A DNA stretch of 64,000 nucleotides from the NCBI RefSeq assembly GCF_000142905.1, contig NW_013657664.1, forward strand, positions 400,133 through 464,132, given 5' to 3'. The position numbers and the translations under genes were made by a program. Shown here in pieces: positions 21,940 through 33,200 of the stretch. The notes under the pieces were generated by a model. It was not told where the DNA came from. It saw only the letters and a list, made by a program, of their open reading frames with translations, and did no database searches. Source of the stretch: Thecamonas trahens ATCC 50062. Lineage: Eukaryota; Protista; Apusomonadida. Each line of letters opens with the position of its first letter. The stretch's first letter is position 1.

Positions 21940-21971
21940 CCACCGCCGCTCCGATGTGGACGCCGCGCGCT

Positions 21972-22398
21972 TTACTCCTTCTTGGCCTTGCTGCTGCTCT
22001 TGGCGCCATCGCCACCCTCTGCCACGTGCTTCTTGTGCGCCGCGTCGAGCTCGATCAGCAACCTGCGCCCACGCGCTCTGTGAGTCTGTGTATGTGTTCG
22101 GAGTGTGGCGGGAGGGATCTCTGACGACGTACCAGTTGATCAGAGCGATGAGGACGACGGTCATGGCGAGCATGACAGCCAGATGGATGTTGAAGCCACG
22201 GATGAGCAGCAGCGAGGCGAGAACCACAAGGAGAGTGATAAAGACAACGTTCATCAGTGTGATGACCGTCGACGGTGTGCCCGGGCTGAACATCGAGTTG
22301 ACCACGTCCGATGCCACATACCCGCTCGACTCGGTCACCACAGGCCCATGCAGCGCCTCGTGTGCCAACTCATCCTTTCGCTCAACTCCACCGCTCAT
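21972..22398 (-). CDS. PKR1: Pkr1-like ER V-ATPase assembly factor; intron 22063-22132
   Basis: NSMFSPGT..., NIHL, INW|LLIEL after splicing GTACGT..CAG; ends KAKKE (KxKxx ER-retrieval signal). Confidence 0.7.
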
Positions 22399-22853
22399 GG
22401 ATGTATTTGTGCTGCAGACGTGTGTGTATGTGTGTGGGGGGGTGGGTGGGGGTGGGTGGGTGGGTGGGTGGGCGGGTGTGTTGTCACAAGGCCGACGGGG
22501 CGGCTCTCGGCCGACAGCGAGACGACGACCCGTGCATGACTCGGACCCGGCCTGATGCTGATGCTGATGCTGATGCTCATGGTGTGACTTGACGATGATG
22601 TGTATGGCGGATATTTGTGATTTGGTGTAGAGTTGAGTATGCATCGGTTGGTGTGGTCGCAGTGTGGTGATCGGGACCTATCGTGCGAGCATAGTATGCT
22701 TGGGTCGGTCGGTGGTCCCTCTCGCCTGGCCGTGGCGGGCGTCGGCTGTCAGCTCTAGTCAAACCAGGAGGTGACAGACGTACTCATCTCCCACCGCGCG
22801 CCATTCTTCGCATAGTTCGACTCTGCAGAGCGGGCTTCTCAACCAGAGGGATC

Positions 22854-23941
22854 ATGACAAGCATAGCGCCGGCGAGTGCTCCGCTGTTTGGTACGGACTG
22901 CCGTGGTTGCGGCGTGTGTGAGAGAGGGAGGGAGAGTGTGTGTAGACGCAGACTCATGGCACAAGATACGATGGTGGCCACGACGGGCGGCCGTGGCTGG
23001 TGGGTGACATAGACATCGCTTGCAATCTGACGGCCGGTATGTATCAGGGTGTATATCGGGGGACATTCAAGCATGAGCCGGATTTGGACGAGGTGTTGGC
23101 TCGGGCGGATGCTGCGGGTGTCCGCGCCATCATGATCACCGGCACCGACGTCGTCGAGTCAACCAAAGCTGTGGATATGGTGGCCCGGGGCGGAGGTAGT
23201 GCGGAAGATGGCCGGCCTGAACTCTATGCCACGGTTGGAGTGCATCCGACGCGGGCTGGTGTGTTTGATGATGACGGCGAGGGCGCCGTCGTTGAGCGCC
23301 TGCGGACGCTCGTTGTCCGCGGTGGCGACAAAGTCCTCGCCGTGGGCGAGACCGGCATCGATCACAACAGAGCCCACTTTTGTCCCCTCGAGGTGCAGGC
23401 CAAGTACTTTGAGACCCAGATCCAGCTTGCCCGCGAGCTCGACAAACCGCTCTTCCTCCACTATCGCAACGACGATGCAGAGCCGGACTCGCCGTTCTTC
23501 TCCATCCTCGCCGCCCACGCCGGCGCCATTCGCGGTGTCGTCCACTCGTTCACTGGCTCGCCCAGTGAGATCGAGACCATTGTTGGCCTCGGCCTCTATG
23601 TCGGTATCAATGGCTGCTCGCTCCGAACCGAAGCCAACTGTGATGCTGTCCGCACCATCCCGCTCGAACGGCTGCTGCTCGAGACCGACGCGCCGTGGTG
23701 CGACATTCGGCGGACACACCACGGGTACAGCCATGTTGTCACTCACTTTGAAGGCGCCAAGAAGGCTAAGGCCTTTGTCCGCGGCTCGATGGTCAAGTCG
23801 CGCAACGAGCCGGCCACCATGCGCCAGGTCCTCGAGGTTGTCTACGGCCTGCGCGCAGCTGTCGACAACCTCGAGTCGATCGACGCTTTTGCCGCCATCA
23901 TCTACGCCAACTCGGAACGTTTGCTTCTGGGTCGGCCGTGA
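22854..23941 (+). CDS. TATDN1: TatD family DNase (TATDN1-like); intron 22891-23012
   Basis: FDIACNLT..MYQGVY, TVGVHPT, AVGETGID, PLFLH, GVVHSFTG, GINGCSL, LLETDAPWC, RNEP. Confidence 0.92.
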
Positions 23942-23964
23942 GTTGCTCGGGCCTGTTGTGCTCG

Positions 23965-26900
23965 TCACGTGTACGCTGCCAGATACTCGTCTATCGAGTC
24001 GAGCAGAAGCGTGTCGTCGACGGTGAGCCCAAACTCGTCATCGCCGATGTCGCCGGCTTCATTCCCGCCGTCATCGGACACAACAGACGCGTTTGAGCTC
24101 TCGGCATCGCTCCAGTTGTCGTTGTGGCTGTGGATTGGGGATGTTCGTGCGTCGTTCCACCGCCACCCCTGCTTTCCAACCAGCATCGACGAGACAAAAC
24201 CCGGTGCATCATCCCAGCGCGCAGACTCGTTGCCATCGCGTTGGTCCGCAATCGAGTCTGCGCTCGATGTTATCGAAGCCTCCGGCGAGTAAATAGCAGG
24301 TACCGGACGTCGCGGCGACGGTGATGGCTGCGGTGCAACGGCCTGGCGAGGTGGTGGAGGTGGCGCAAAGTACTCGACAGGTGACGACACGGCAGGCGCT
24401 ACCCGGCGTGGGACAGCCCGGCGCGGGACAACCCGGCGAGCAGCCGCACGTGGTGGCGGCGTCTCTGGTCGCACCGCAAGGTCCGGTGAGGCAGACGCCA
24501 ATCGTGCAACGTCGTCGACGACAACGGCGTCAATGGCAGCAGACGCATCAAAGCTGCGGCTGCTACTGACGTCGTCGCATTCGCCATCATCGCTGCGAGT
24601 GCTCGATGGGAGATCCTCAACACCGCGGCGAAGCGGCGAGAATAGCTCGCATGGTTCGCGCGACGGCGAGCGCAACGATGTCATGTCCAGATCATCTGCG
24701 GCTGGCAGAGCCTCCACATACGGCCTGTCGTTGCATGTGCGCGAGGCGACTGCAGCTGCGCGAGCACCAATGGCCACCGATCGTCCTCTTCGGCCTTTGC
24801 CGCGACCTCGACCGCGACCACGTCCACGTCCACGTCCACGTCCGAGGCCACGCCCCGGCCGCCGGGTCTCCTGAGCAAACCGCGCAATACGAGCATCGCG
24901 TTGAGCCCAGCGCTTGCGGGCATTGTGCTCGGCCTCGGCCCGTGCTGCGGCTTCCTTCATCTTTCGCTCGCGGATGCGCTGCAGTGCCCGAGCTTGGGCA
25001 GTCGACGGATCGAACCGCGACTTGCGCGGCCGATGCGGCTTTAGCGGCGAGCTTGCCCGCGGCTCCTGTCGCCGGCGCGCCTCGCGCTTGAGCTTGGGCG
25101 AGACGTAGACTGCATCATCGACAGTAAAGGCCACGCCGCCTCGCGAGGTACTGAGCGCCACAGACTGAGCAGCTCGGCGCGACAGCTCCTCAAGTCGCTT
25201 CTGGCGTGCTCGCTCCTCCGCCACTGCGGCGCTCGCCTCAACTTCGACCTCGACAGACGCGGCACGGCTCCGCTCACGAACTCGCGCCGCTGCCGCCTCA
25301 ACCGCGGCCTCGGCTTGGGCGTCGGACCGCGCCCGTGTCTCTTGGGACGACTTGTTGGCCTGGGCAAGCTCCGCCTCGCGAGCTGTGACCTGGCGCTGCA
25401 GCACCCGGTCGCGCGCGCGCAGGACGCCTTCAGGAACACGGACTACTGGTGGTGGTGGCGAAGGATGGCGAAGAACCGGTCCAGGGCTAGTATGCCGGTC
25501 GCGGGCAGAACGTCGCGGTGCAAAGAACGTAATACTCGCCTCGAGATCTGAACCTGCCGGTACAGGGCGTGGCAGAGCTATCGCTGGGCCAGGTGATGGC
25601 TCAGGAGACGGAAGCTGCGGCGATGCCGGCGGCGACGGCTTATCAACTGTCACCGCAAACGTCGTTGGCGACGAGGCGCCTCGCGGGGAAGGAAGTGCGT
25701 CAAGATCAAAAGGTAGACGGGTAGGCACCAAGGGTGATGGCGGCGCCCGTGTCGCAGTCGAGGATGCGTGCTGAGTAGGTGCTGGCTCGGGCGCCGACGG
25801 TGATGCCAAGCCGGATGCAGGTGCCGCCAGCTCACGCAGCTGGGCTTTCGCGGCATGCCGGACGCTTGCAGCTGCTGTGTGGACTTGGGCTGCGTGGTGC
25901 ATGACGCTGCCTCCGCCAGAAGATTCTTCATCAGACGAAGAGGAGACGGGCGCGTGATGGTACGGCGTGGCACGACGCGCCGGGGACCACACATGAGGGC
26001 TCTGCTCGAGTAGCGAGAGCGACAACCCCGTGCCCGAGCCCACGCCTGGAGTTGCCGGTGTGGCGGCATCACCACAAAGAGCAGGATCTGGTGCAGACGG
26101 CGCGGATGTGGCTGCCAGTGGTGTGGCAGCTGCAACATCGAGGATGATGCTCGGCTCGACAGCAACCGATGCTGATGCGGCAGTGATGGCGGAGGCGGTG
26201 TACGAGGCCGAGGCCGATGCGTACTCGCTCCATGTGTACTCATCGCAGCTTTGGCTGTCGTTTTGGTTGTCACCATCATCGCCGTCCGAGCAGCTGCTGT
26301 AGGTAGAATAGCTCTCGGTCTCGCATGCGGCATTCAGCATGGCGCGTGCTGAGGCCCGGAGCGCGGCAAAGCGATCGACTTCGGACGCAGTGTCGCAGAT
26401 CTCGTCGTCCGAGGTGCTTGCAGCGGTGGCTTCAGAGGCGTCTCTAGCGTCGATGACGTCTTCGAGCTGGGGGCGTTTTCACCGAGTAAGCCCATGCACG
26501 CAAGCAGACACGGATAAAGGCGCGGATGGATGTGATCAGCTACGTTGTGGAGGACCACAAACCGCGAGGCGAGGTAGGTGAGGCAGTACTCGACCAAGGA
26601 CTTGGCAAGAAGCACATGAGCTAGGGCTAATACATCGTACACAAGGTCGTGGGGAACAAGCAGGTCATCGGCCCCGACGCTGCGGCGCATGACCTCGCTC
26701 GCAGCGGCGATGCCGTTGTCCTGCGCACCGACTGCGAGTTGGCGCAGAACAGCCAGCGCGTGCATCGACTGTGGGAGCTTGCTCTTGGAGTCGCCCAGTG
26801 CTGGCATTAGCGAGCCATCGTCGAGGCGAGCGGCAACATCGTCTGGCACGCAGCCCTCAATCCGCTCCAGCAGACGCGCATACCGTGCCTGAGCATGGGC

Positions 26901-27395
26901 GAGATGGAGGGGAACCGAACCCTCGCATGTTCCTGTCAGGATGTCCAGCACTGCCATCCGCAAGTCGTCAATGTCGACCACCAGATCTGCGTCATTGCCG
27001 CCTTGCCCGCCTCTGGCGGACCGCCTCATCGAGCTCCGCAGTGCAGCACGCAGATCGTCAAACTCGGTGCCGTCCAGATCGACGGCAGCGCGCAAGCCGG
27101 CCTCCACCACGCCCGGGTCGAGCGCGGCGAGGTAGTGCGTCACCGATGGATGGTCCTTCGGTGGCGCAATAGCCCTGACGTCCCTCGCCGTCAGCGCAGG
27201 TGCGCCGGCCGCTGTGGGTGATCTGGCATGAGCGCGAGCGAGGATAGGGGAGGCGTCGAGCAGCGGACGGAGCGGTAGTGGGGCGAGGGCCACAAGCGGC
27301 GGGGCGTGCGAGGGGCGACTCTCTACAGCAACTCGGACAGAGACCAGGTGTGGAGCATTATAAACAGCTTCTAGGAACAGCCCGCTGTTGCCCAT
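23965..27395 (-). CDS. Large hypothetical protein (possible BTB/BACK-like segment, long low-complexity C-terminal part); probable 1-nt deletion at 26476-26479
   Basis: ORFs 26334-27395 and 23965-26340 merge in frame if one A is added (GAA AA[A] CGC); YDVLALAHVLLAKSLVEYCLTYL resembles the end of a BTB domain. Confidence 0.55.
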
Positions 27396-27491
27396 GCAGC
27401 CTGGGTGCGGTGGCGGTGGAGTGGGGGTGAGGTGGGTATCGGCATTGGCGCCACCGGCAACGGACAGCGGTCAGCAGTCGGCAGACTACAT

Positions 27492-30032
27492 TCATTGGTG
27501 ATTGTCACTCGAGCCGGCATGTGGATCAGCGTCAGAGGCTGAAGCTGAAGTTGAGGCTGATGTCAAAGAGGACGAGGAATCCGATGCCGATGTGGCGGAT
27601 GTCGAGGAGAAGGAAACAGCCGTGGGAGCTCGTGGCGGTGCGACGGTAGGCACCACCACTGCAGACTTTGGCGACAGCTCACAAGCTGAGCTTGTGGATT
27701 CGGCCTCAGGTTCGGACTCGGCCTCGGACTCGGCTTCGGCCTGGGGTGTGGGCTCGAGCGCAGGCTCGGCTTCGGCCTGGGGTTTGGGCTCGGTTTCGGG
27801 CGTAAGATTAGCCTCGGGTGAAGCATCAGCCTCGGGCGCAGGATCAGCCTCGGGTGCAGGATCAGCCTCGGGCGCAGGATCAGCCTTGGGCGCAGGATCA
27901 GCCTCGGGCGCAGGATCAGCCTCGGATGAAGCATCAGCCTCGGGCGCAGGATCAGCCTCGGGTGCAGGATCAGCCTCGGGCGCAGGATCAGCCTCGGGTG
28001 AAGCATCAGCCTCGGGCGCAGGATCAGCCTCGGGTGAAGCATCAGCCTTGGGCGCAGGATCAGCCTCGGGTGAAGCATCAGCCTCGGGCGCAGGATCAGC
28101 CTCGGGCGCAGGATCAGCCTCGGGCACAGGATCAGCCTCGGGTGAAGCATCAGCCTCGGGCGCAGGATCAGCCTCGGGCGCAGGATCAGCCTCGGGTGCA
28201 GGATCAGCCTCGGGCGCAGGATCAGCCTCGGGTAAAGTATCGACTTCGGCCACGGTCTCGAGCACCGGGGGCTTGGACTTGGCCTCGGCTTCGGCCTCGT
28301 CGGCACCGCTACTGGCAGAGGCGGTCGAAGCGCGTGACCGGGTACGCTCCCGCGATGCCTTGAGTCTCTGGAGGTCCGAGGCGGCAAACGAGCCGTGCCG
28401 TGATCTGCGCAGGCCCGGCTTGGAGCCGGCAATGTCAATCGACGACCGCTCCTTGATGGCTGAGCGAATCGACGGGTGGATGAGCTGCGGCTTGTCGACG
28501 GCGACATAGTAGTCGACCGAGGCCTCACGCGAGATGGAGAGTTGGGCGTGAAAGGCGGCGATGGCTGCCTCGAGGTCGACCGTCGCCACCGCATCCTTGC
28601 AGTTGGCGACCAGCGTGACCTGGACCACCGAGGTGCCAGCCTCAAAGAAGACCTCGGACTGAGTCGGAGCATTGATCTGCTTGGAGAGCGCAAGCGACTT
28701 TTCAGCCGACGAGAGCGGAACGGTGACGGCCGAACCGGCGGCAGCCTGGTTCAGCACCGACATCCAAAGCGACTGTTGGTCGGCCGAAGGCGCCCGAAAG
28801 TAGAGGTTGCGCTCGTCTACCGAGAGGAGCCGGAACCCATAGTTCTCCTCCAGATCAAGCTCGATGGTGTACTCGCGGAGCATGATCGAGTCCGCGCACT
28901 CGGAATCCTTGGTTGTCTTGTACGAGAGCAGCATGCCGCCGGCAAGCACAAAGAAACGCCGCTTGTATTTGCGGCTGCTCTCGGACTCGCAGACGTCGAG
29001 ATGGCCGGAAAAGTCGAACGCAAGCTGGACATGCTCCGCCACCGATCGCACCTCGTGCGGAAGCTCAAGCTTGACCGCTTCGCGCAGCGTCGCCATCCAC
29101 TCGGCAGTGCTTGCCTCCGAATCCACGTAAAACAAGTGGCGCACGCCCGACTTGGAGATCTTGAACGCAAACTTCTTGCCAGACTCAACCTCCTCCGAAG
29201 TGAGGACCACCCAACCCGAGAGCAGAATCGCCGTCTCGGGCTTAGCATCGCTCTCTTTCTTGTAAAGGTACAGCATCGAGTCCATGACCACCGCAAATCG
29301 CTTCTTCCACGACCGCTTATTGTACGGCGAGCGGTGGATCCAGCCGTGCATCTGCGCCGACATCGACAGCGCTGCCGCAGGCGGCAGATACGGCACCAGC
29401 TCGTCGCCTACGGTCATCGGCAGTGTCTCTTGCCCGCTTCCTGCAGCCAAATCGCTCCCAGCTGAGACTGCGGCGGCCGCGGCTATGGCCACGTCCTCAG
29501 CGCGCAAGCCGCCAATCCCCTCCCAGCCATCCGGTGGCGACGCGCCGTTGGCCACAAAGACGGAGGCCCACGAGACCCGCTCCGCCTGCGAGTCCATCCG
29601 CAACAGAGTCTCTTCGCCGGCCCCTACATTAGTAAGGGCGAGTCTAAACTGACCAGGATGATCATCCACATACACAAACGAGCCACTCGAGATGGTCCTT
29701 GTCTCTTTGGGCGACTTTGACGACTCTTTGGTGAAGAACTTGACCACACCTCCGTCGACCGTAGCCCACCACCGCTTCCACTTGCTCAGCCCACCGCCCT
29801 ATTTAGACACCATCACACCCCACACGGGTATTCCCATGAGTCACATACACTTCATCTCTGTGCCCCCTCCCGCCCCATTCCCCGCCCACCCGGCCAGCCC
29901 GCCAGCTCCGCCAAGTCCCGCCAGCTCCCCCCCCCCCACCCCCACCACCCCCCCCACCACCACCACCACCACCAATAACCACTGCCATACCTTCTTGTCA
30001 AGCCATCCCACCTTGACGTGGGCTGTGGACAT
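27492..30032 (-). CDS. Triple PH-domain protein with acidic Pro-rich repeat tail; intron 29799-29990
   Basis: KVGWLDKK|GGGLSKWKRWW, GWIHRSP...WKKRFAV, GHLDV...YKRRFFVL; each PH domain ends in a Trp helix. Confidence 0.8.
27811..28233 (-). repeat. About 23 x 18-nt coding minisatellite (PEADPA/PEADAS)
   Basis: gcctcgggcgcaggatca units on the + strand. Confidence 0.95.
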
Positions 30033-30572
30033 GGCAGCTGTTCTGAGTCGGGTGCAACCGCGTCGCCCTTGTTGCTCTACTTTGCCAGGTGCGGCGGCGG
30101 CAGTTTGGCCAAATTTGCCGATGGCCGAAACGGCCCAATCCGTAGCACACAGCACAGCACATAGGACACATTCGTACATACGGCCACGGGCCAGCAACAC
30201 GTGTCACATCTGCAGCCACTGCCCTTGAGTTTTGGTTCGCGTTGGACGCATATCAGAGCAGGATGTGCGAGGGAAGCCCCGTTGATGGCACTGATGGGGG
30301 TGGTTTTGGGTCTGACAACGATTGCGGACATGGACGCCATCGAAGGGGCGGGCGACGACGGCGGTAAGAAGCACTAGCGGTGCAATGTCGGCCATCGATG
30401 CCCATAGCATTGAGCGAAACCAACATCGGCTTTCTTGTCTCTCCACATGCTCCGATCAGAACCCGCCGCCGTGACAGCAGTCACTCGTGCTTGTCAGTTG
30501 GCAATGGCTGAGAAAAGAAGATACCAGGAACCAGGACCACAGCCAGACACATATCTCGAGAAGGGAACCAGG

Positions 30573-31955
30573 ATGGGGTCGAGCGGACGCAAACAGAGTA
30601 GCAAGAGCGGCAGGGAGTCGAGTAAGGGTGGCAGGGCATCGCGCAAGGCGGCAGGAAGTGGAAAGCCCTCGTTCTCGGGTCAGAAGGCCAAGGCTGGCTT
30701 CAAGCGCGGAGCGAATAAGTTTGTGGTTGACAGCGACAGTGGCGATGATGACGAGGCTAACGAGGCTGACGAGTACGAGTACGAGTACGAGGATCTCGAT
30801 GAGGACGATGACGACAACGACGACGATGGATATGATGGTCGTAGCCGGCGCGGGTCACGCAGCCGTGGCAGTCGTCGCTCGGCCTTTGGTCGCGCCTCCT
30901 CCCGTAGTGCATCCAGCACTCGCCGTGGATCTGGGGGTGGCCGCTCGCGGGCTGCGAGACGCGGTGACCAGGAGCGTGAGCGTGGGCGTGAGGAAGAAAA
31001 GAGCAAGAGCAAGTGCGACGATGACGACTACGATGACGACTATGGGCACAAGCCGCTGGTGTCGAAGAACCGGCTCACATTGTACGCGCTCGTTGTGGTT
31101 GTCCTCCTCATCCTCGACCTCATTATGATGGGCTTGCTCATCCACTCGCTGCAGAACGCCGAGGGCTTTTCCTGTTGCGTCCACGCCGATTGCACGATCC
31201 GCTTCGATACCATTTTCCGGCGGGTCAAGCCCGACAACGTCAAGGTCGAGAACGGGTGGTGCATGTTTGAGCCGAACGTCCACTCTGATCTCGACGGCTC
31301 GTGCCTTGCCAACCAGACCGACGTCTGTGCACAGGCCGACTACTCCAAGATTTGCGTGGAAGACAACTACCCGTTCAACGGAACGTTCATCGGCCTGCCG
31401 CGCATGTTTGATGAGCACACCAAGGCGTCGATCGGCCTGGGTGTGACCAAGGTTGTGGTTCTCATCCTCGCAGCCGGCATCACCTTTTACTGGATTGCAT
31501 TCTGGTGCGGCTGCATCGGCAAGTCAACCAAGGATGTGAGCGACTCGAGCATCGACAGCGAGCGCGGTCGCCGCGCTGGAACTGTCGGCAAGGCCAAGTC
31601 CAGGGCCTTGACGATTGCCGAATACTTGCTACTCGTTGCCTCGCTCGTCCTCTCCTTTGTCATCCTCGTCGTCCGCTCGGGCTTTAAGCAAGACTCGCTC
31701 TGCGACGTCGTCAAGGACGACGACGTTTACGTCTCGGTCTGCTCCGATGTCAAGACCCTCTGCCCCTCGCTCGGTCAGCTCACCGTCTTCACTAACCAGG
31801 ATACCGCCACCAGCCTGGCCTCGGTCTCGGTTGTTGCCTCGGTCATCGGCCTGCTGATGAAGCCGGTGCGCTTCTGCCTCAAGCGCCGCATCAACAAGCA
31901 GTACAAGCACTGGATCGAGTACGGCTCGTACTACTCGGGCGAGTCCTCATCGTAG
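30573..31955 (+). CDS. Hypothetical 4-TM protein with charged N-terminus and Cys-rich loops
   Basis: Long ORF with four hydrophobic helices; Cys-rich loops between TM1-2 and TM3-4. Confidence 0.65.
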   Translation: MGSSGRKQSSKSGRESSKGGRASRKAAGSGKPSFSGQKAKAGFKRGANKFVVDSDSGDDDEANEADEYEYEYEDLDEDDDDNDDDGYDGRSRRGSRSRGSRRSAFGRASSRSASSTRRGSGGGRSRAARRGDQERERGREEEKSKSKCDDDDYDDDYGHKPLVSKNRLTLYALVVVVLLILDLIMMGLLIHSLQNAEGFSCCVHADCTIRFDTIFRRVKPDNVKVENGWCMFEPNVHSDLDGSCLANQTDVCAQADYSKICVEDNYPFNGTFIGLPRMFDEHTKASIGLGVTKVVVLILAAGITFYWIAFWCGCIGKSTKDVSDSSIDSERGRRAGTVGKAKSRALTIAEYLLLVASLVLSFVILVVRSGFKQDSLCDVVKDDDVYVSVCSDVKTLCPSLGQLTVFTNQDTATSLASVSVVASVIGLLMKPVRFCLKRRINKQYKHWIEYGSYYSGESSS

Positions 31956-32093
31956 TGCTGCAGCGGATGTAAACCACGCCAGTCACTGTGGCAGGTCGGG
32001 CGGTTGGGGCGGTCGGGTGAGCAAGGCGTCGGGCGAGCACGGCCTCGGGCGAAATGGAGCGAATGGCACTCCACTCGCTCACTGCCACCGACC

Positions 32094-32447
32094 ATGATTC
32101 GCATGTTCTCGCTGAAGAAGGAGGGCCAGAAGTCCCGGGCTCAGGAGGCCGAGAACACTCAGAAGCCTGCGGAGATCCGGATTCAGAAGGGTACCCACTT
32201 CCTCCATCTCCCCTCTCCCCCCTCCCCTTCCCTCCCCTGCTGCCCTCTCCCGTTTCTTCCTTCTCTCTCCTGTCCCCCGCGCACACCATGCCCATGCCCG
32301 CACCAGCCAGCAAGTGGAAGGTTCGCCACTCGCCAGCCGCCCGCCCCCACCAGCGCCTTGTCCCCTCCCCCCTCCCTCCCCTTCCCATGCAAGTGGATGT
32401 ACTCACACTAAGGGACATTATATGGGTGTTTGCATGAATGTTTTGTG

Positions 32448-32495
<48 letters not shown>

Positions 32496-33152
32496 TGTGT
32501 GTGTGTGTGTGTGTGTGTGCTGTGTGTCTGCTTGCCTCCGGCTCTGTGTGTCGTCGTCGTGGACAATGGCCGAACTTGTCTGGCTCCGGATCCGGGTCGG
32601 ACTTGGGCGTGAATGTGTACTTGCGTGTGTGTGTGTGTACGCCTGTGTGTGTGCCTGTGTGTGTGCCTGTGTGTGTGCCTGTGTGTTATGTTGTGTGTGC
32701 ATGCAGATATCTCCGAGTTGGAGCTCTCCGATACCTCGTCGATCGAGTTCCCCAATGGTCCGGACGACCTCATGGTCTTTGATGTCACCCTTCGTCCGGA
32801 TGAGGGCTTCTGGCAGGGCGCGGCGTTTACGTTCCACTTTGAGATTCCCGAGGGTTATCCGCATGACGTCCCTTCGGTCATATGCACTACCCCTATCTAC
32901 CATCCCAACATCAACACTGAGGGTAAGATCTGCCTCAACATCCTGCGCGAGGACTGGCGCCCTGTCCTTAACATCAACGCCATCGTCTTTGGCCTCTCGT
33001 ACATTCTCCTCGACCCCAACCCGGATGATCCGCTCAACATCGAGGCTGCAGAGGTGATGCGCAACAACCCTGCCCAGTTCAAGACCAACGTCGACCGCTC
33101 GCTCGCCGGCGGTGTCGTCGACGGCGTCCGCTACCAGCCGAACCAGGCCTAG
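32094..33152 (+). CDS. UBE2M: NEDD8-conjugating enzyme Ubc12; intron 32191-32706
   Basis: MIRMFSLKK N-terminal extension, AEIRIQK|DISEL, YHPNINTEGKICLNILREDWRPVL, PDDPLN. Confidence 0.95.
32451..32700. repeat. (TG)n microsatellite and derivatives in the UBC12 intron
   Basis: Directly visible. Confidence 0.9.
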
Positions 33153-33200
33153 CCGGCCGACTTCACGCGCCGATGCAAGTCTCTCCCTCCGTAAACGCAA

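Noticed and set aside
26334-26340. Bacterial-style coupled stop/start
   Set aside because: Better explained by an upstream single-base deletion in one gene.
27502-28693. Long alternative-frame and antisense ORFs (GAGSAS, PRLILR, QPRAQD repeats)
   Set aside because: By-products of a stop-free 18-nt repeat inside the PH-domain gene.
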